A stretch of DNA of 64,000 nt from Bacillus subtilis subsp. subtilis str. 168 (GCF_000009045.1 NC_000964.3:1054001-1118000), one strand, 5' to 3'; positions 27,413-38,730 are shown, counted from the stretch's first letter. Notes: a model not told the origin generated them from the sequence alone. Program-made: numbers and translations.

Positions 27413-28804
27413 TTAAAGCATCATCACAGCTGCGAGGGTTGTCACCAAAAGGCCAATCGCGACGGGAATGAAGTTTTTTCTGGCAAGCTCAAAAGGATCA
27501 ACTTTGCAAATGGCCGCGGCGGGAATCAAAGCCCATGGGACCAGTGTTCCTCCGCCCACCCAGATGGCAGAGATTTGTCCGAGCGCGGTCAGAATAGCGG
27601 GATCGGCATGGAGAGCGGACGAAAAGAGCTTTGCGATGGAGCCGGCGAGAGAAATGCCAGAAAATCCTGAGCCGTCAAGGCCTGTTATGGCTCCAGCGGC
27701 AGTTAATGCAGTGGCGGCAAGCTCCTTTGACATAGGCATCATATGGGATAAAGCAATGCCAAGATCGTTGACAATGCCGTGGGAACCTTTAGGGAGTGAA
27801 GTGCCCAGTATGCTTTCATAGCCTGAGTCGCCAAGATAAAAGAAAGCGGCAATCGGGATGACGGGGCCGAAAACCTTAAAACCGAACTTAAATCCGTCAA
27901 TAAAATAGCCGGTGATTTTTTCAAGCCCTTTATGCTTATACACGAAAAAATGAACGGTAAAGAGGATACAAATTGCAGACCCGCCAATTAACGCGGTTGC
28001 ATCATTTCCTTGTAGGTTAAACAAGAGCATGCAGGCGATATCTGCAAGAAAGGCAAGCGGAATCAAAAAAGCCAGTATGGACCGCAGGCGTTTTGGCAAG
28101 TACAGCGAGTTGTCTTGTTCGCCGGAAAGAACGGGGGAAAAAGAAGTGGGATGCTCCTGTTTTTTGCGTTCGCGCTGAATCATGATAAAGGCAGCAGTTG
28201 TTGTTGTCACACCCATAATCAGCACAAGCGGAATACTGGCCGAGACGACATCACCGACTGGAATGCCTGCTGCATCCGCAGTCAGCTTTGGCGCCGCCTG
28301 AATGACAAAGTCTCCTGACAGGGCAAAACCGTGTCCGAATAAGTTCATGGCCATGGCCGCGGCAAGAGGCGTCAAACCGGCACGTGCGGCTGCGGGGAGC
28401 AGGACGGCGCCGATCAAAGCGACACCCGGAGAAGGCCAGAAGAATAGAGAAATGGCGAACATCAGGCCTCCAATCAGCCAATAGGCAGTCACAGGCCCTC
28501 TCACAAGGCTTGCAAAGGGAGAAATCATCGCTTCATTTATCCCTGTTTTTGTTAACAAATCACTCATTGAAACGATAAAGCAAATGATGAAAATCGTGGG
28601 CAGCAGTTCGCCGGCCGCATAGATAAAGCTGTGGAATAAACTGCTGACAGAAGCTGAAAGTGAATGGCTGGCCCATAGCGATATGATAAAAATGCCGAAT
28701 AGAGAAATAAATGTCGTGTCTTTTCTCAGCAGCATAAATAGGATAATTGCACCGATAAAAAACACATACAGAACATGGACAGGCAAAATCCCGACTTCCA
28801 TCAT
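27413..28804 (-). CDS. yhfA: Uncharacterised polytopic membrane transporter
   Basis: 463 aa, about 12 TMs. Confidence 0.75.
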   Translation of the reverse strand: MMEVGILPVHVLYVFFIGAIILFMLLRKDTTFISLFGIFIISLWASHSLSASVSSLFHSFIYAAGELLPTIFIICFIVSMSDLLTKTGINEAMISPFASLVRGPVTAYWLIGGLMFAISLFFWPSPGVALIGAVLLPAAARAGLTPLAAAMAMNLFGHGFALSGDFVIQAAPKLTADAAGIPVGDVVSASIPLVLIMGVTTTTAAFIMIQRERKKQEHPTSFSPVLSGEQDNSLYLPKRLRSILAFLIPLAFLADIACMLLFNLQGNDATALIGGSAICILFTVHFFVYKHKGLEKITGYFIDGFKFGFKVFGPVIPIAAFFYLGDSGYESILGTSLPKGSHGIVNDLGIALSHMMPMSKELAATALTAAGAITGLDGSGFSGISLAGSIAKLFSSALHADPAILTALGQISAIWVGGGTLVPWALIPAAAICKVDPFELARKNFIPVAIGLLVTTLAAVMML

Positions 28805-28869
28805 CGATCACTCCTTCCGCTTACAGATTATTCATAGGCGGGCGGAAGGTGCCGGGACAGAGGGGAGGG

Positions 28870-29184
28870 TTATGATGGAAGATGAACATTGATCTGTTTC
28901 AGCTGCTCAATCAGATGATGCCTTAATCCTCTATTCGCTTTTTGCAGATGTTTTGGGAAGCATTCAGGAGAAAAAATGACGCACCCTTCAGCAAGCCAGT
29001 TTTTTCTATAGGCGATGATGCTTTCCGATGGCTCTATATGAGTTATCCTCGTGCTGCATCTCGTACTCATCAAATCCGAACTGAAAACCGCAGCACGGGC
29101 AGATTTCATGAGAATGATTGCCTTCATGATCATATGGCGGTTCAGCCAATCCTTAAACCCGCAGACTGGGCAAGTATGCTTCAT
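28870..29184 (-). pseudogene. yhgB: Cys-motif (CxxC + CPCC) protein with two compensating frameshifts; open as 104 aa but middle third out of frame
   Basis: GGGAGG RBS; MKHTCPVCGFK in frame 0; GLAEPPYDHEGNHSHEICPCCGFQFGFDEY in the -1 frame; back to frame 0 for IEPSESIIAYRKNW. Confidence 0.6.
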
Positions 29185-29228
29185 TTTGCTTTCCTCCCAA
29201 TAAAATAAGCTGCCGGACATGCCGGCAG

Positions 29229-29756
<528 letters not shown>

Positions 29757-29850
29757 TCAAAACAATGGTATAAGTTTCTATTGGCGAGTGCTTCGAACAT
29801 AATTCCAAACAATTTTTCCCATACTACCTTTAGAAAGGCGAGGTGAGTTC

Positions 29851-31995
29851 ATGTTTAAGATAAAGAAAAAGAAACTTTTTATACCTATCATTATTTTAGT
29901 GTTAACTGCTTTTCTCGCTTTAATAGGATATATTTCAATTATTTTTCTCGGCCATTATGTCATAGATGAAAAAAAGCTTATTCTTCATGCTTCTTCAAAA
30001 ATTGTTGATCAAAACGGAGATGAGGTTGCAAGCCTGTATACAGAAAATCGCGAGCCGGTCTCGATCAATGAGATTCCTAAGCAGGTCAGAGAAGCGTTTA
30101 TCGCTGTTGAGGATAAAAGGTTCTATGAGCATCACGGCATTGATGCAAAATCCGTCGGAAGGGCAGTGTACCGCGATATATTAGCAGGCGGAAAGGTGGA
30201 AGGCGGAAGCACGATCACCCAGCAGCTTGCCAAAAATATTTTTCTGACACATGACAAAACATTTCTAAGAAAAACAAAAGAAGTGATCATTGCGATTAAT
30301 CTTGAACGGGATTACAGCAAGGACAAGCTGCTTGAAATGTATTTAAACCAGCTTTACTTCGGACACGGGGTTTACGGCATACAAGCGGCGTCCCACTATT
30401 ATTTTAATAAAGAAGTAAAAGATTTGACTGTATCTGAAGGCGCTGTTTTGGCCGCTATTCCGAAGGCGCCTTCTACGTACTCTCCAATTTTGCACCCTGA
30501 TAAAAATAAGGAGCGGCGTGATACAATTCTAGGTATGATGAATGACCAAGGCTATATCAGTGCGAAAGAGGCTGTCACCGCACAGGGCCGGACGCTTGGA
30601 CTGCATGTGAAGAAACAGTCGGAAACACCTTGGTTTGACAGCTACATTGACCTTGTGATCAAAGAGGCGGAAGACAAGTATTCCATTTCCGGAGAGCAGC
30701 TTCTTCAAGGCGGATACACGATCAAGGTGCCGCTCGATTCGAAGCTGCAGAAGACGGCTTACCAGGTGATGAAAGAGGGAAGCTATTATCCCGGAACAGA
30801 TCAGAATGCCGAGGGAAGCGCGGTCTTTATTAATAACAAGACAGGCGGTGTAGAAGCGGCCATCGGCGGAAGGGATTACACATCCAAAGGATATAACCGT
30901 GTCACAGCTGTCCGCCAGCCGGGTTCCACATTTAAGCCGCTTGCTGTATACGGACCGGCGATGCAGGAAAAGAAATTTAAGCCATATTCTCTATTGAAGG
31001 ATGAGTTGCAGTCCTACGGAGATTATACGCCGAAAAACTACGACAGCCGGTATGAGGGCGAAGTCACTATGTCTGACGCCATTACGTACAGCAAAAACGC
31101 GCCGGCTGTCTGGACGCTGAATGAGATCGGCGTCGAAACAGGGAAATCTTATTTGAAAGCAAACGGCATTGATATCCCTGATGAAGGCCTTGCTCTTGCT
31201 CTAGGCGGCTTGGAAAAAGGCGTTTCACCGCTCCAGCTTGCCGGCGCGTTTCATACATTTGCCGCGAATGGAACGTATACTGAACCCTTCTTTATCTCGA
31301 GCATAATAGATGAAGACGGAGAAACAATAGCCGATCATAAAGAAGAAGGAAAGCGGGTATTCAGCAAGCAGACGTCTTGGAATATGACGAGAATGCTGCA
31401 GCAGGTAGTCAAAAAGGGAACGGCCACGTCCGGCACCTATCACGGCGACCTGGCGGGAAAAACAGGTTCAACATCTTATACAGGCGTCTCCGGCGCGACA
31501 AAGGACGCCTGGTTTGCAGGCTATACGCCGAAAATAACCGGGGCAGTCTGGATGGGCTATGACAAAACGGATCAAAACCATTATTTGAAAGCCGGGAGCT
31601 CATACCCGACGCGGCTGTTTAAGGATATTTTGACACAGGCAGGAGAAACCGGTCATGTGTTCACAAAGCCTAAAAACGTTAAAGAACTGGAAAGCCCGAT
31701 TGAGCTGAAGCCGGTCAAAACACTCACAGCCGATTACACATTTAAAGCAGCGGGGCTCTTTACTATTGAATTAAAGTGGGACGCTCAAGAGGATGATCGG
31801 GCCGTATACAGAATTTATGTAAACAAGGACGGCGAGGAGACGCTTCTTGATTCGGTTGAAGGGAAGGGAAGCTATGAAATTCCTTATGCCAACTTATTTT
31901 CGGGCGCGTCTTATAAAATTGTGCCTTATAATACACAGACAAAAAGAGAAGGGGAAGGAACCGATTACGTTCAGCCAAAATTGTTTTCCTCTTAA
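29851..31995 (+). CDS. pbpF: Class A penicillin-binding protein 2c
   Basis: Transglycosylase EDKRFYEHHGID/GGSTITQQLAKN; transpeptidase STFK, SKN, KTG. Confidence 0.95.
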   Translation: MFKIKKKKLFIPIIILVLTAFLALIGYISIIFLGHYVIDEKKLILHASSKIVDQNGDEVASLYTENREPVSINEIPKQVREAFIAVEDKRFYEHHGIDAKSVGRAVYRDILAGGKVEGGSTITQQLAKNIFLTHDKTFLRKTKEVIIAINLERDYSKDKLLEMYLNQLYFGHGVYGIQAASHYYFNKEVKDLTVSEGAVLAAIPKAPSTYSPILHPDKNKERRDTILGMMNDQGYISAKEAVTAQGRTLGLHVKKQSETPWFDSYIDLVIKEAEDKYSISGEQLLQGGYTIKVPLDSKLQKTAYQVMKEGSYYPGTDQNAEGSAVFINNKTGGVEAAIGGRDYTSKGYNRVTAVRQPGSTFKPLAVYGPAMQEKKFKPYSLLKDELQSYGDYTPKNYDSRYEGEVTMSDAITYSKNAPAVWTLNEIGVETGKSYLKANGIDIPDEGLALALGGLEKGVSPLQLAGAFHTFAANGTYTEPFFISSIIDEDGETIADHKEEGKRVFSKQTSWNMTRMLQQVVKKGTATSGTYHGDLAGKTGSTSYTGVSGATKDAWFAGYTPKITGAVWMGYDKTDQNHYLKAGSSYPTRLFKDILTQAGETGHVFTKPKNVKELESPIELKPVKTLTADYTFKAAGLFTIELKWDAQEDDRAVYRIYVNKDGEETLLDSVEGKGSYEIPYANLFSGASYKIVPYNTQTKREGEGTDYVQPKLFSS

Positions 31996-32116
31996 TGGAA
32001 TTCGGCGATTTTTTGAACTTTGAGCTACATTTCTATACCATTTGCCTAAAACAAGGTATAGTGTAATAAGTCAAGAAATACGAACGTATGGTTGCCGTAT
32101 GAAAGGTGGAAATCAG

Positions 32117-33178
32117 ATGAGTAAACGAGAAACGTTTAACGAGACGTTTTTAAAAGCTGCGCGGGGAGAAAAAGCGGATCACACGCCTGTGTGGTATATG
32201 AGGCAAGCAGGGCGCTCACAGCCGGAATACCGCAAGCTGAAGGAAAAGTACGGATTGTTTGAGATCACACATCAGCCCGAACTTTGTGCGTATGTCACAA
32301 GACTGCCGGTTGAGCAATACGGAGTCGATGCTGCAATCCTTTATAAAGATATCATGACGCCGCTGCCGTCAATCGGTGTGGATGTTGAAATCAAAAACGG
32401 GATCGGTCCTGTGATTGATCAGCCAATCCGGTCTCTGGCGGACATTGAAAAACTCGGCCAGATTGATCCGGAACAGGACGTGCCGTACGTGCTTGAGACG
32501 ATTAAACTGCTTGTCAATGAGCAGCTGAACGTCCCGCTCATCGGTTTCTCAGGTGCGCCTTTTACGCTTGCAAGCTATATGATCGAAGGCGGCCCGTCGA
32601 AAAACTACAATAAAACAAAAGCCTTCATGTACAGCATGCCAGATGCATGGAATCTGCTGATGTCCAAGCTTGCCGACATGATCATCGTGTACGTGAAAGC
32701 GCAGATTGAGGCAGGCGCAAAAGCGATTCAAATCTTTGATTCGTGGGTCGGCGCATTGAATCAGGCAGATTACAGAACATACATCAAACCCGTGATGAAC
32801 CGGATCTTTTCAGAGCTCGCAAAGGAGAATGTGCCGCTGATCATGTTTGGCGTTGGCGCAAGCCATCTTGCAGGTGATTGGCATGACCTTCCTCTCGATG
32901 TTGTCGGGCTTGACTGGAGACTCGGCATTGATGAAGCCAGATCAAAAGGAATTACTAAAACAGTGCAGGGCAACCTGGACCCGTCCATTTTGCTTGCGCC
33001 ATGGGAAGTCATTGAGCAGAAAACGAAGGAAATACTTGATCAGGGTATGGAGTCAGACGGCTTCATTTTCAATCTTGGCCATGGGGTATTTCCTGATGTC
33101 AGTCCCGAGGTTTTGAAAAAACTGACAGCATTTGTCCATGAATATTCACAAAACAAAAAAATGGGTCAATATTCCTAA
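32117..33178 (+). CDS. hemE: Uroporphyrinogen decarboxylase
   Basis: [22 protein letters not shown]. Confidence 0.97.
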   Translation: MSKRETFNETFLKAARGEKADHTPVWYMRQAGRSQPEYRKLKEKYGLFEITHQPELCAYVTRLPVEQYGVDAAILYKDIMTPLPSIGVDVEIKNGIGPVIDQPIRSLADIEKLGQIDPEQDVPYVLETIKLLVNEQLNVPLIGFSGAPFTLASYMIEGGPSKNYNKTKAFMYSMPDAWNLLMSKLADMIIVYVKAQIEAGAKAIQIFDSWVGALNQADYRTYIKPVMNRIFSELAKENVPLIMFGVGASHLAGDWHDLPLDVVGLDWRLGIDEARSKGITKTVQGNLDPSILLAPWEVIEQKTKEILDQGMESDGFIFNLGHGVFPDVSPEVLKKLTAFVHEYSQNKKMGQYS

Positions 33179-33249
33179 GCATATCTTTTGGTATCTTAAT
33201 GATATCCTGTCAAAATGTTTGTATCAGATCATTAAAGAGGGTGTAAACA

Positions 33250-34182
33250 GTGAGTAGAAAGAAAATGGGGCTTCTCGTGATGGCGTACGGCACGCCTTAT
33301 AAGGAAGAAGATATTGAACGTTATTATACACATATCAGAAGAGGCAGAAAGCCTGAACCTGAAATGCTTCAAGATTTGAAAGACAGATACGAAGCGATTG
33401 GCGGCATTTCACCGCTTGCCCAAATCACAGAACAGCAGGCGCATAATCTGGAACAGCACTTGAATGAAATTCAGGATGAGATTACGTTTAAAGCGTATAT
33501 CGGACTGAAGCATATCGAGCCGTTTATTGAAGACGCCGTAGCAGAGATGCATAAGGATGGCATTACAGAAGCAGTCAGCATCGTGCTGGCGCCGCATTTC
33601 TCCACGTTCAGCGTTCAGTCCTACAACAAACGCGCCAAAGAAGAGGCTGAAAAACTCGGCGGCTTAACGATTACGTCAGTTGAAAGCTGGTACGATGAAC
33701 CGAAGTTCGTGACATATTGGGTTGACCGAGTGAAGGAAACATATGCGTCAATGCCTGAGGATGAAAGAGAAAACGCAATGCTCATCGTATCCGCACACAG
33801 CCTGCCGGAAAAAATCAAAGAATTTGGAGACCCGTACCCGGACCAGCTTCATGAATCGGCGAAATTAATTGCTGAAGGCGCAGGCGTTTCCGAATATGCT
33901 GTCGGCTGGCAAAGTGAAGGGAACACGCCTGATCCTTGGCTCGGACCCGATGTTCAGGATTTAACACGTGATTTATTCGAACAAAAAGGCTATCAAGCAT
34001 TTGTATATGTTCCTGTTGGGTTTGTCGCGGATCACTTAGAAGTGCTTTATGATAATGATTATGAATGCAAAGTGGTTACTGACGATATCGGCGCAAGCTA
34101 TTACCGGCCGGAAATGCCAAATGCCAAGCCTGAATTTATTGATGCTTTGGCAACAGTCGTATTAAAAAAATTAGGACGTTAA
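33250..34182 (+). CDS. hemH: Coproporphyrin ferrochelatase
   Basis: GTG start; [23 protein letters not shown]. Confidence 0.97.
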
Positions 34183-34196
34183 AGAAGGCGATGAAC

Positions 34197-35609
34197 ATGA
34201 GTGACGGCAAAAAACATGTAGTCATCATCGGCGGCGGCATTACCGGTTTAGCCGCCGCCTTCTATATGGAAAAAGAAATCAAAGAAAAGAATCTGCCGCT
34301 TGAGCTGACACTTGTTGAGGCAAGTCCGAGAGTCGGCGGGAAAATCCAGACTGTCAAGAAAGACGGCTATATCATCGAAAGAGGGCCAGACTCATTTCTG
34401 GAACGAAAGAAAAGCGCCCCGCAGCTTGTTAAAGACTTAGGTCTTGAGCATTTGCTTGTCAACAATGCGACCGGGCAATCCTATGTGCTTGTAAACCGCA
34501 CCCTGCATCCAATGCCGAAGGGCGCTGTAATGGGGATACCGACAAAAATTGCGCCGTTTGTTTCTACGGGTCTGTTTTCCTTGTCCGGGAAGGCGAGAGC
34601 TGCTATGGATTTCATCCTGCCTGCAAGCAAAACAAAGGATGATCAGTCATTGGGAGAATTCTTCCGCAGACGTGTCGGAGATGAAGTGGTCGAGAACTTA
34701 ATCGAGCCGCTACTATCAGGGATCTACGCAGGCGACATTGACAAGCTCAGCCTGATGTCGACATTTCCGCAATTTTATCAGACGGAACAAAAGCATAGAA
34801 GCCTGATTCTCGGCATGAAAAAAACAAGGCCTCAAGGCTCAGGCCAGCAGCTGACGGCAAAAAAACAAGGGCAGTTCCAAACTCTGTCAACCGGTTTGCA
34901 GACCCTTGTAGAAGAGATCGAAAAGCAGTTAAAGCTGACGAAGGTGTATAAAGGCACAAAAGTGACCAAACTTAGCCATAGCGGCTCTTGCTATTCGCTC
35001 GAACTGGATAACGGCGTCACACTTGATGCTGATTCAGTAATTGTGACTGCTCCGCATAAAGCGGCTGCGGGAATGCTTTCTGAGCTTCCTGCCATTTCTC
35101 ATTTGAAAAATATGCACTCCACATCCGTGGCAAACGTCGCTTTAGGTTTCCCTGAAGGCTCCGTCCAAATGGAGCATGAGGGCACGGGTTTTGTCATTTC
35201 AAGAAACAGTGACTTTGCGATCACAGCCTGTACGTGGACGAATAAAAAATGGCCGCACGCAGCGCCGGAAGGCAAAACGCTGCTTCGGGCATATGTCGGA
35301 AAAGCCGGAGACGAATCCATTGTCGATCTATCAGATAATGACATTATCAACATTGTGTTAGAAGACTTAAAGAAAGTCATGAACATAAACGGCGAGCCGG
35401 AAATGACATGTGTAACCCGATGGCATGAAAGCATGCCGCAGTACCATGTCGGCCATAAGCAGCGTATCAAGGAGCTGCGTGAAGCACTTGCATCTGCGTA
35501 TCCGGGTGTTTATATGACAGGCGCTTCTTTCGAAGGTGTCGGCATTCCCGACTGCATTGATCAAGGAAAAGCTGCCGTGTCTGACGCGCTTACCTATTTA
35601 TTCAGCTAA
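34197..35609 (+). CDS. hemY: Coproporphyrinogen/protoporphyrinogen oxidase
   Basis: IIGGGITGL, ERGPDSFL, MPQYHVGH, GVGIPDCI. Confidence 0.97.
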   Translation: MSDGKKHVVIIGGGITGLAAAFYMEKEIKEKNLPLELTLVEASPRVGGKIQTVKKDGYIIERGPDSFLERKKSAPQLVKDLGLEHLLVNNATGQSYVLVNRTLHPMPKGAVMGIPTKIAPFVSTGLFSLSGKARAAMDFILPASKTKDDQSLGEFFRRRVGDEVVENLIEPLLSGIYAGDIDKLSLMSTFPQFYQTEQKHRSLILGMKKTRPQGSGQQLTAKKQGQFQTLSTGLQTLVEEIEKQLKLTKVYKGTKVTKLSHSGSCYSLELDNGVTLDADSVIVTAPHKAAAGMLSELPAISHLKNMHSTSVANVALGFPEGSVQMEHEGTGFVISRNSDFAITACTWTNKKWPHAAPEGKTLLRAYVGKAGDESIVDLSDNDIINIVLEDLKKVMNINGEPEMTCVTRWHESMPQYHVGHKQRIKELREALASAYPGVYMTGASFEGVGIPDCIDQGKAAVSDALTYLFS

Positions 35610-35638
35610 AACCTCCGCTTTATCGCGGAGGTTTTTTT
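35608..35638 (+). terminator. Terminator of hemEHY
   Basis: AAAACCTCCGC-TTTATC-GCGGAGGTTTT + T. Confidence 0.85.
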
Positions 35639-35712
35639 GATGTGCAATGGCAATATTGTGTAAAAAATGATTGAATTGAACAGCAGGTTATGATACATTT
35701 GCATATGTACTT

Positions 35713-35741
35713 AATGACTAAAATGTTCAAACGGTCAGTTT
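35713..35741 (+). promoter_or_regulatory. Candidate YhgD operator 1
   Basis: AATGACtA-N12-gGTCAGTTT just downstream of a TTGAAT-N17-TACATT promoter. Confidence 0.55.
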
Positions 35742-35754
35742 CGAGGTGAATACA

Positions 35755-36330
35755 ATGTCAATAGATCGAAAAAAGCTCATTTTGGAGGCGGCTACAAAGT
35801 CTTTCACGCAGTTCGGGTATAAAGCGACGACAATGGATCTTGTCGCAAAACTTGCGAACGTGGGGAAGGGAACCATTTATACTTTTTTCAAAAACAAAGA
35901 AGAGCTGTTTGACGAGATTTTCACTACTTTATTAAAGGAAATGAAGCAAAAAGCGGATGAAGCGATGGAGCCGAGCCTTCCGTTCCATGAAAATGTGCAC
36001 AGAGCGCTGTTTGCCATTCTGGAGTTCAGGAAAACACATCAGCTGACGATTAAAATTTTCCAAGAGAATGCCGAGATTGGTACAATGGCAGTTCAGGAAG
36101 TGATCCAGAAAATGGAGCGATCCATCCTGTCTTATATCAAAAGCAAGATTGAAGACGGGATCAAAAGCGGCGCAATCAAGCCGTGCGACCCTGAGCTGAC
36201 AGCCTTTGTGATGCTGAAGCTTTATATCGCGCTCATTTTTGACTGGGAAAAACAACACCCCCCGCTTGATAAAGAGACAATTGCGGGACTGCTTGAATTG
36301 TATGTTGTCAAAGGATTGTCAGCGAACTAG
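35755..36330 (+). CDS. yhgD: TetR-family regulator
   Basis: FTQFGYKATTMDLVAKLANVGKGTIYTFFKNKEELF. Confidence 0.92.
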   Translation: MSIDRKKLILEAATKSFTQFGYKATTMDLVAKLANVGKGTIYTFFKNKEELFDEIFTTLLKEMKQKADEAMEPSLPFHENVHRALFAILEFRKTHQLTIKIFQENAEIGTMAVQEVIQKMERSILSYIKSKIEDGIKSGAIKPCDPELTAFVMLKLYIALIFDWEKQHPPLDKETIAGLLELYVVKGLSAN

Positions 36331-36353
36331 ATAATCCTTTCTCTTTGCAAGAA

Positions 36354-36382
36354 AATGACCATTTTTTATGATGAGTCAGTTT
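36354..36382 (+). promoter_or_regulatory. Candidate YhgD operator 2 overlapping the yhgE promoter
   Basis: AATGACcA-N12-aGTCAGTTT across TTGCAA-N16-TATGAT. Confidence 0.55.
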
Positions 36383-36400
36383 TAGAATGGAGGCATCAGG

Positions 36401-38728
36401 ATGAACACAATACGAAGTCAGTGGAAAGACATCGTAACAAGTAAAAAATTATTGATTCCCATCATCGCCATTTTGTTTGTCCCGCTTATTTACAGCGGCG
36501 TATTCTTAAAGGCTTATTGGGACCCGTACGGCACAGTTGACCAGCTGCCTGTCGTTGTCGTCAACCAAGACAAGGGAGCAACGTATGAAGGAGAAAAACT
36601 TCAAATCGGTGATGATCTGGTCAAAGAATTAAAGGATAATAACAACTTTGATTGGCATTTTTCCAATGATCTCGACCAATCGTTAAAGGACTTATTGAAT
36701 CAAAAATATTATTTAGTTGTCGAGATTCCTGAGGATTTTTCTAAGAATGCCAGCACTGTATTAGACAAAAATCCGAAAAAATTGGATCTGAAATACCATA
36801 CAAATGCAGGTTCTAACTATGTAGGGGCAACGATCGGCGAAAAAGCGATTGATAAACTGAAAGCCTCTGTTTCAAAAGAAGTGACCGAGCAATATACGAA
36901 AGTTATTTTTGATAACTTTAAAGATATCGCAAAAGGTTTGAGCGACGCGAGCAGCGGCGCGAAAAAAATTGATGACGGCACAAAGGATGCGAAAAACGGA
37001 AGCGCCCAGCTGAAAGAAAATCTGGCGAAGCTGAAGGAAAGCACCGCTACCATCAGTGACAAAACAGCGCAGCTTGCAGATGGAGCGGCTCAGGTGACGA
37101 GCGGCATCCAATCACTTGACAGCTCGCTCGGTAAATTCCAGGACAGCAGCAACCAGATTTATGATAAATCTAGTCAGCTTGCAGCAGGATCAGGCGAGCT
37201 GACAAGCAAGATGAATGAACTTCTTGCCGGACTTCAAAATGTGCAGAAGGGTACGCCTAATCTTACTAACGGGTTGGATCAGCTCAACAGTAAAGTCCAA
37301 GAAGGTTCTGAGAAAGCGGCAAAAGCGGAAAAGATCATTAATGCGCTCGATTTAACGAAGCTTGAAACTGCTGTAAACAATCTGGAAAAGTCAGAAACTG
37401 CGATGAAGGAATTCAAAAAACAGCTGACTGACTTTGAAAACAGTTTGAAAAACCGTGATCAGGCATTTAAAAATGTCATCAATTCGAGTGACTTCTTAAC
37501 AGCGGAGCAAAAAAGCCAGCTGATTAATTCTGTTGAGAAAAAGCTTCCGCAAGTTGATGCGCCTGATTTTGATCAAATATTAAGCCAGCTACCTACAGCT
37601 GATCAGCTGCCTGACATCGCAACGATAAAAAGCTCTCTTGAAGACGTGAAAGCGCAGGTGGCGCAGGTGAAAGCCATGCCGGAAGCTACATCTAAGCTTT
37701 ATAACGGCGCAAAAACAATCCAAGATGCGATTGACAGATTAACTGAGGGAGCTGATAAGATATACAACGGTTCTCAGAAGCTGACAGATGGCCAAACTAA
37801 ACTGACAGCGGGCATCGGTGAATATAATAAGCAGTTCGCAAAAGCAAAAGCGGGCTCAGAGCAATTGGTGACAGGAAGCAGCCAAGTATCCGGCGGATTG
37901 TTTAAGCTGTTAGACGGGTCTAAACAGGTCCAAAGCGGATCATCAAAACTTGCAGACGGATCTGCATCACTTGATACAGGTTTAGGCAAGCTATTGGACG
38001 GCACAGGAGAGCTGTCTAGTAAGCTGAAGGATGCGGCTGACCAAACAGGAGATATCGATGCTGATGATCAAACATACGGCATGTTTGCGGATCCGGTTAA
38101 AACCAAAGATGATGCCATTCATTCCGTTCCTAACTATGGAACAGGGCTGACACCTTATATCCTGTCAATGGGCTTGTATGTCGGCGGCATCATGCTGACG
38201 GTTGTCTTCCCGCTGAAGGAAGCGTCAGGACGTCCGAGAAACGGTTTTGAGTGGTTCTTCAGCAAATTCAATGTCATGATGCTTGTAGGAATCATTCAAT
38301 CATTGATTGTGGCGACGGTTCTTCTATTGGGAATTGGTCTTGAGGTAGAGAGCACGTGGAGATTTTACGTGTTTACGATCATTACGAGTCTCGCTTTCCT
38401 GGCGATAATTCAATTTTTGGCTACAACGATGGGCAACCCGGGGCGATTTATCGCAGTCATTATTTTAGTGCTGCAGCTGGGAGCGAGCGGAGGAACCTTC
38501 CCGCTGGAATTGCTTCCGAATTTCTATCAGGTCATCCACGGCGCATTGCCGATGACCTACAGCATTAACGGATTCAGAGCAGTCATTTCAAACGGTGACT
38601 TTGGCTACATGTGGCAGATGGCCGGCGTCTTAATCGGCATTGCCCTCGTCATGATTGCACTAAGCATTACTTACTTTACAATGTTAAGCCGGAAGGAAGA
38701 AACATCAGAAGAACAGCCGGCTTCATAA
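36401..38728 (+). CDS. yhgE: YhgE/Pip-family membrane protein
   Basis: N-terminal TM + WDPYG...LPVVVVNQDKGA; L-x-x-G heptad stalk; C-terminal 5-TM bundle with GGTFP. Confidence 0.9.
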   Translation: MNTIRSQWKDIVTSKKLLIPIIAILFVPLIYSGVFLKAYWDPYGTVDQLPVVVVNQDKGATYEGEKLQIGDDLVKELKDNNNFDWHFSNDLDQSLKDLLNQKYYLVVEIPEDFSKNASTVLDKNPKKLDLKYHTNAGSNYVGATIGEKAIDKLKASVSKEVTEQYTKVIFDNFKDIAKGLSDASSGAKKIDDGTKDAKNGSAQLKENLAKLKESTATISDKTAQLADGAAQVTSGIQSLDSSLGKFQDSSNQIYDKSSQLAAGSGELTSKMNELLAGLQNVQKGTPNLTNGLDQLNSKVQEGSEKAAKAEKIINALDLTKLETAVNNLEKSETAMKEFKKQLTDFENSLKNRDQAFKNVINSSDFLTAEQKSQLINSVEKKLPQVDAPDFDQILSQLPTADQLPDIATIKSSLEDVKAQVAQVKAMPEATSKLYNGAKTIQDAIDRLTEGADKIYNGSQKLTDGQTKLTAGIGEYNKQFAKAKAGSEQLVTGSSQVSGGLFKLLDGSKQVQSGSSKLADGSASLDTGLGKLLDGTGELSSKLKDAADQTGDIDADDQTYGMFADPVKTKDDAIHSVPNYGTGLTPYILSMGLYVGGIMLTVVFPLKEASGRPRNGFEWFFSKFNVMMLVGIIQSLIVATVLLLGIGLEVESTWRFYVFTIITSLAFLAIIQFLATTMGNPGRFIAVIILVLQLGASGGTFPLELLPNFYQVIHGALPMTYSINGFRAVISNGDFGYMWQMAGVLIGIALVMIALSITYFTMLSRKEETSEEQPAS

Positions 38729-38730
38729 AG

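Noticed and set aside
36950-38050. Periodicity in yhgE as a DNA tandem repeat or mobile relic
   Set aside because: Periodicity is at the protein heptad level; the DNA copies are highly diverged
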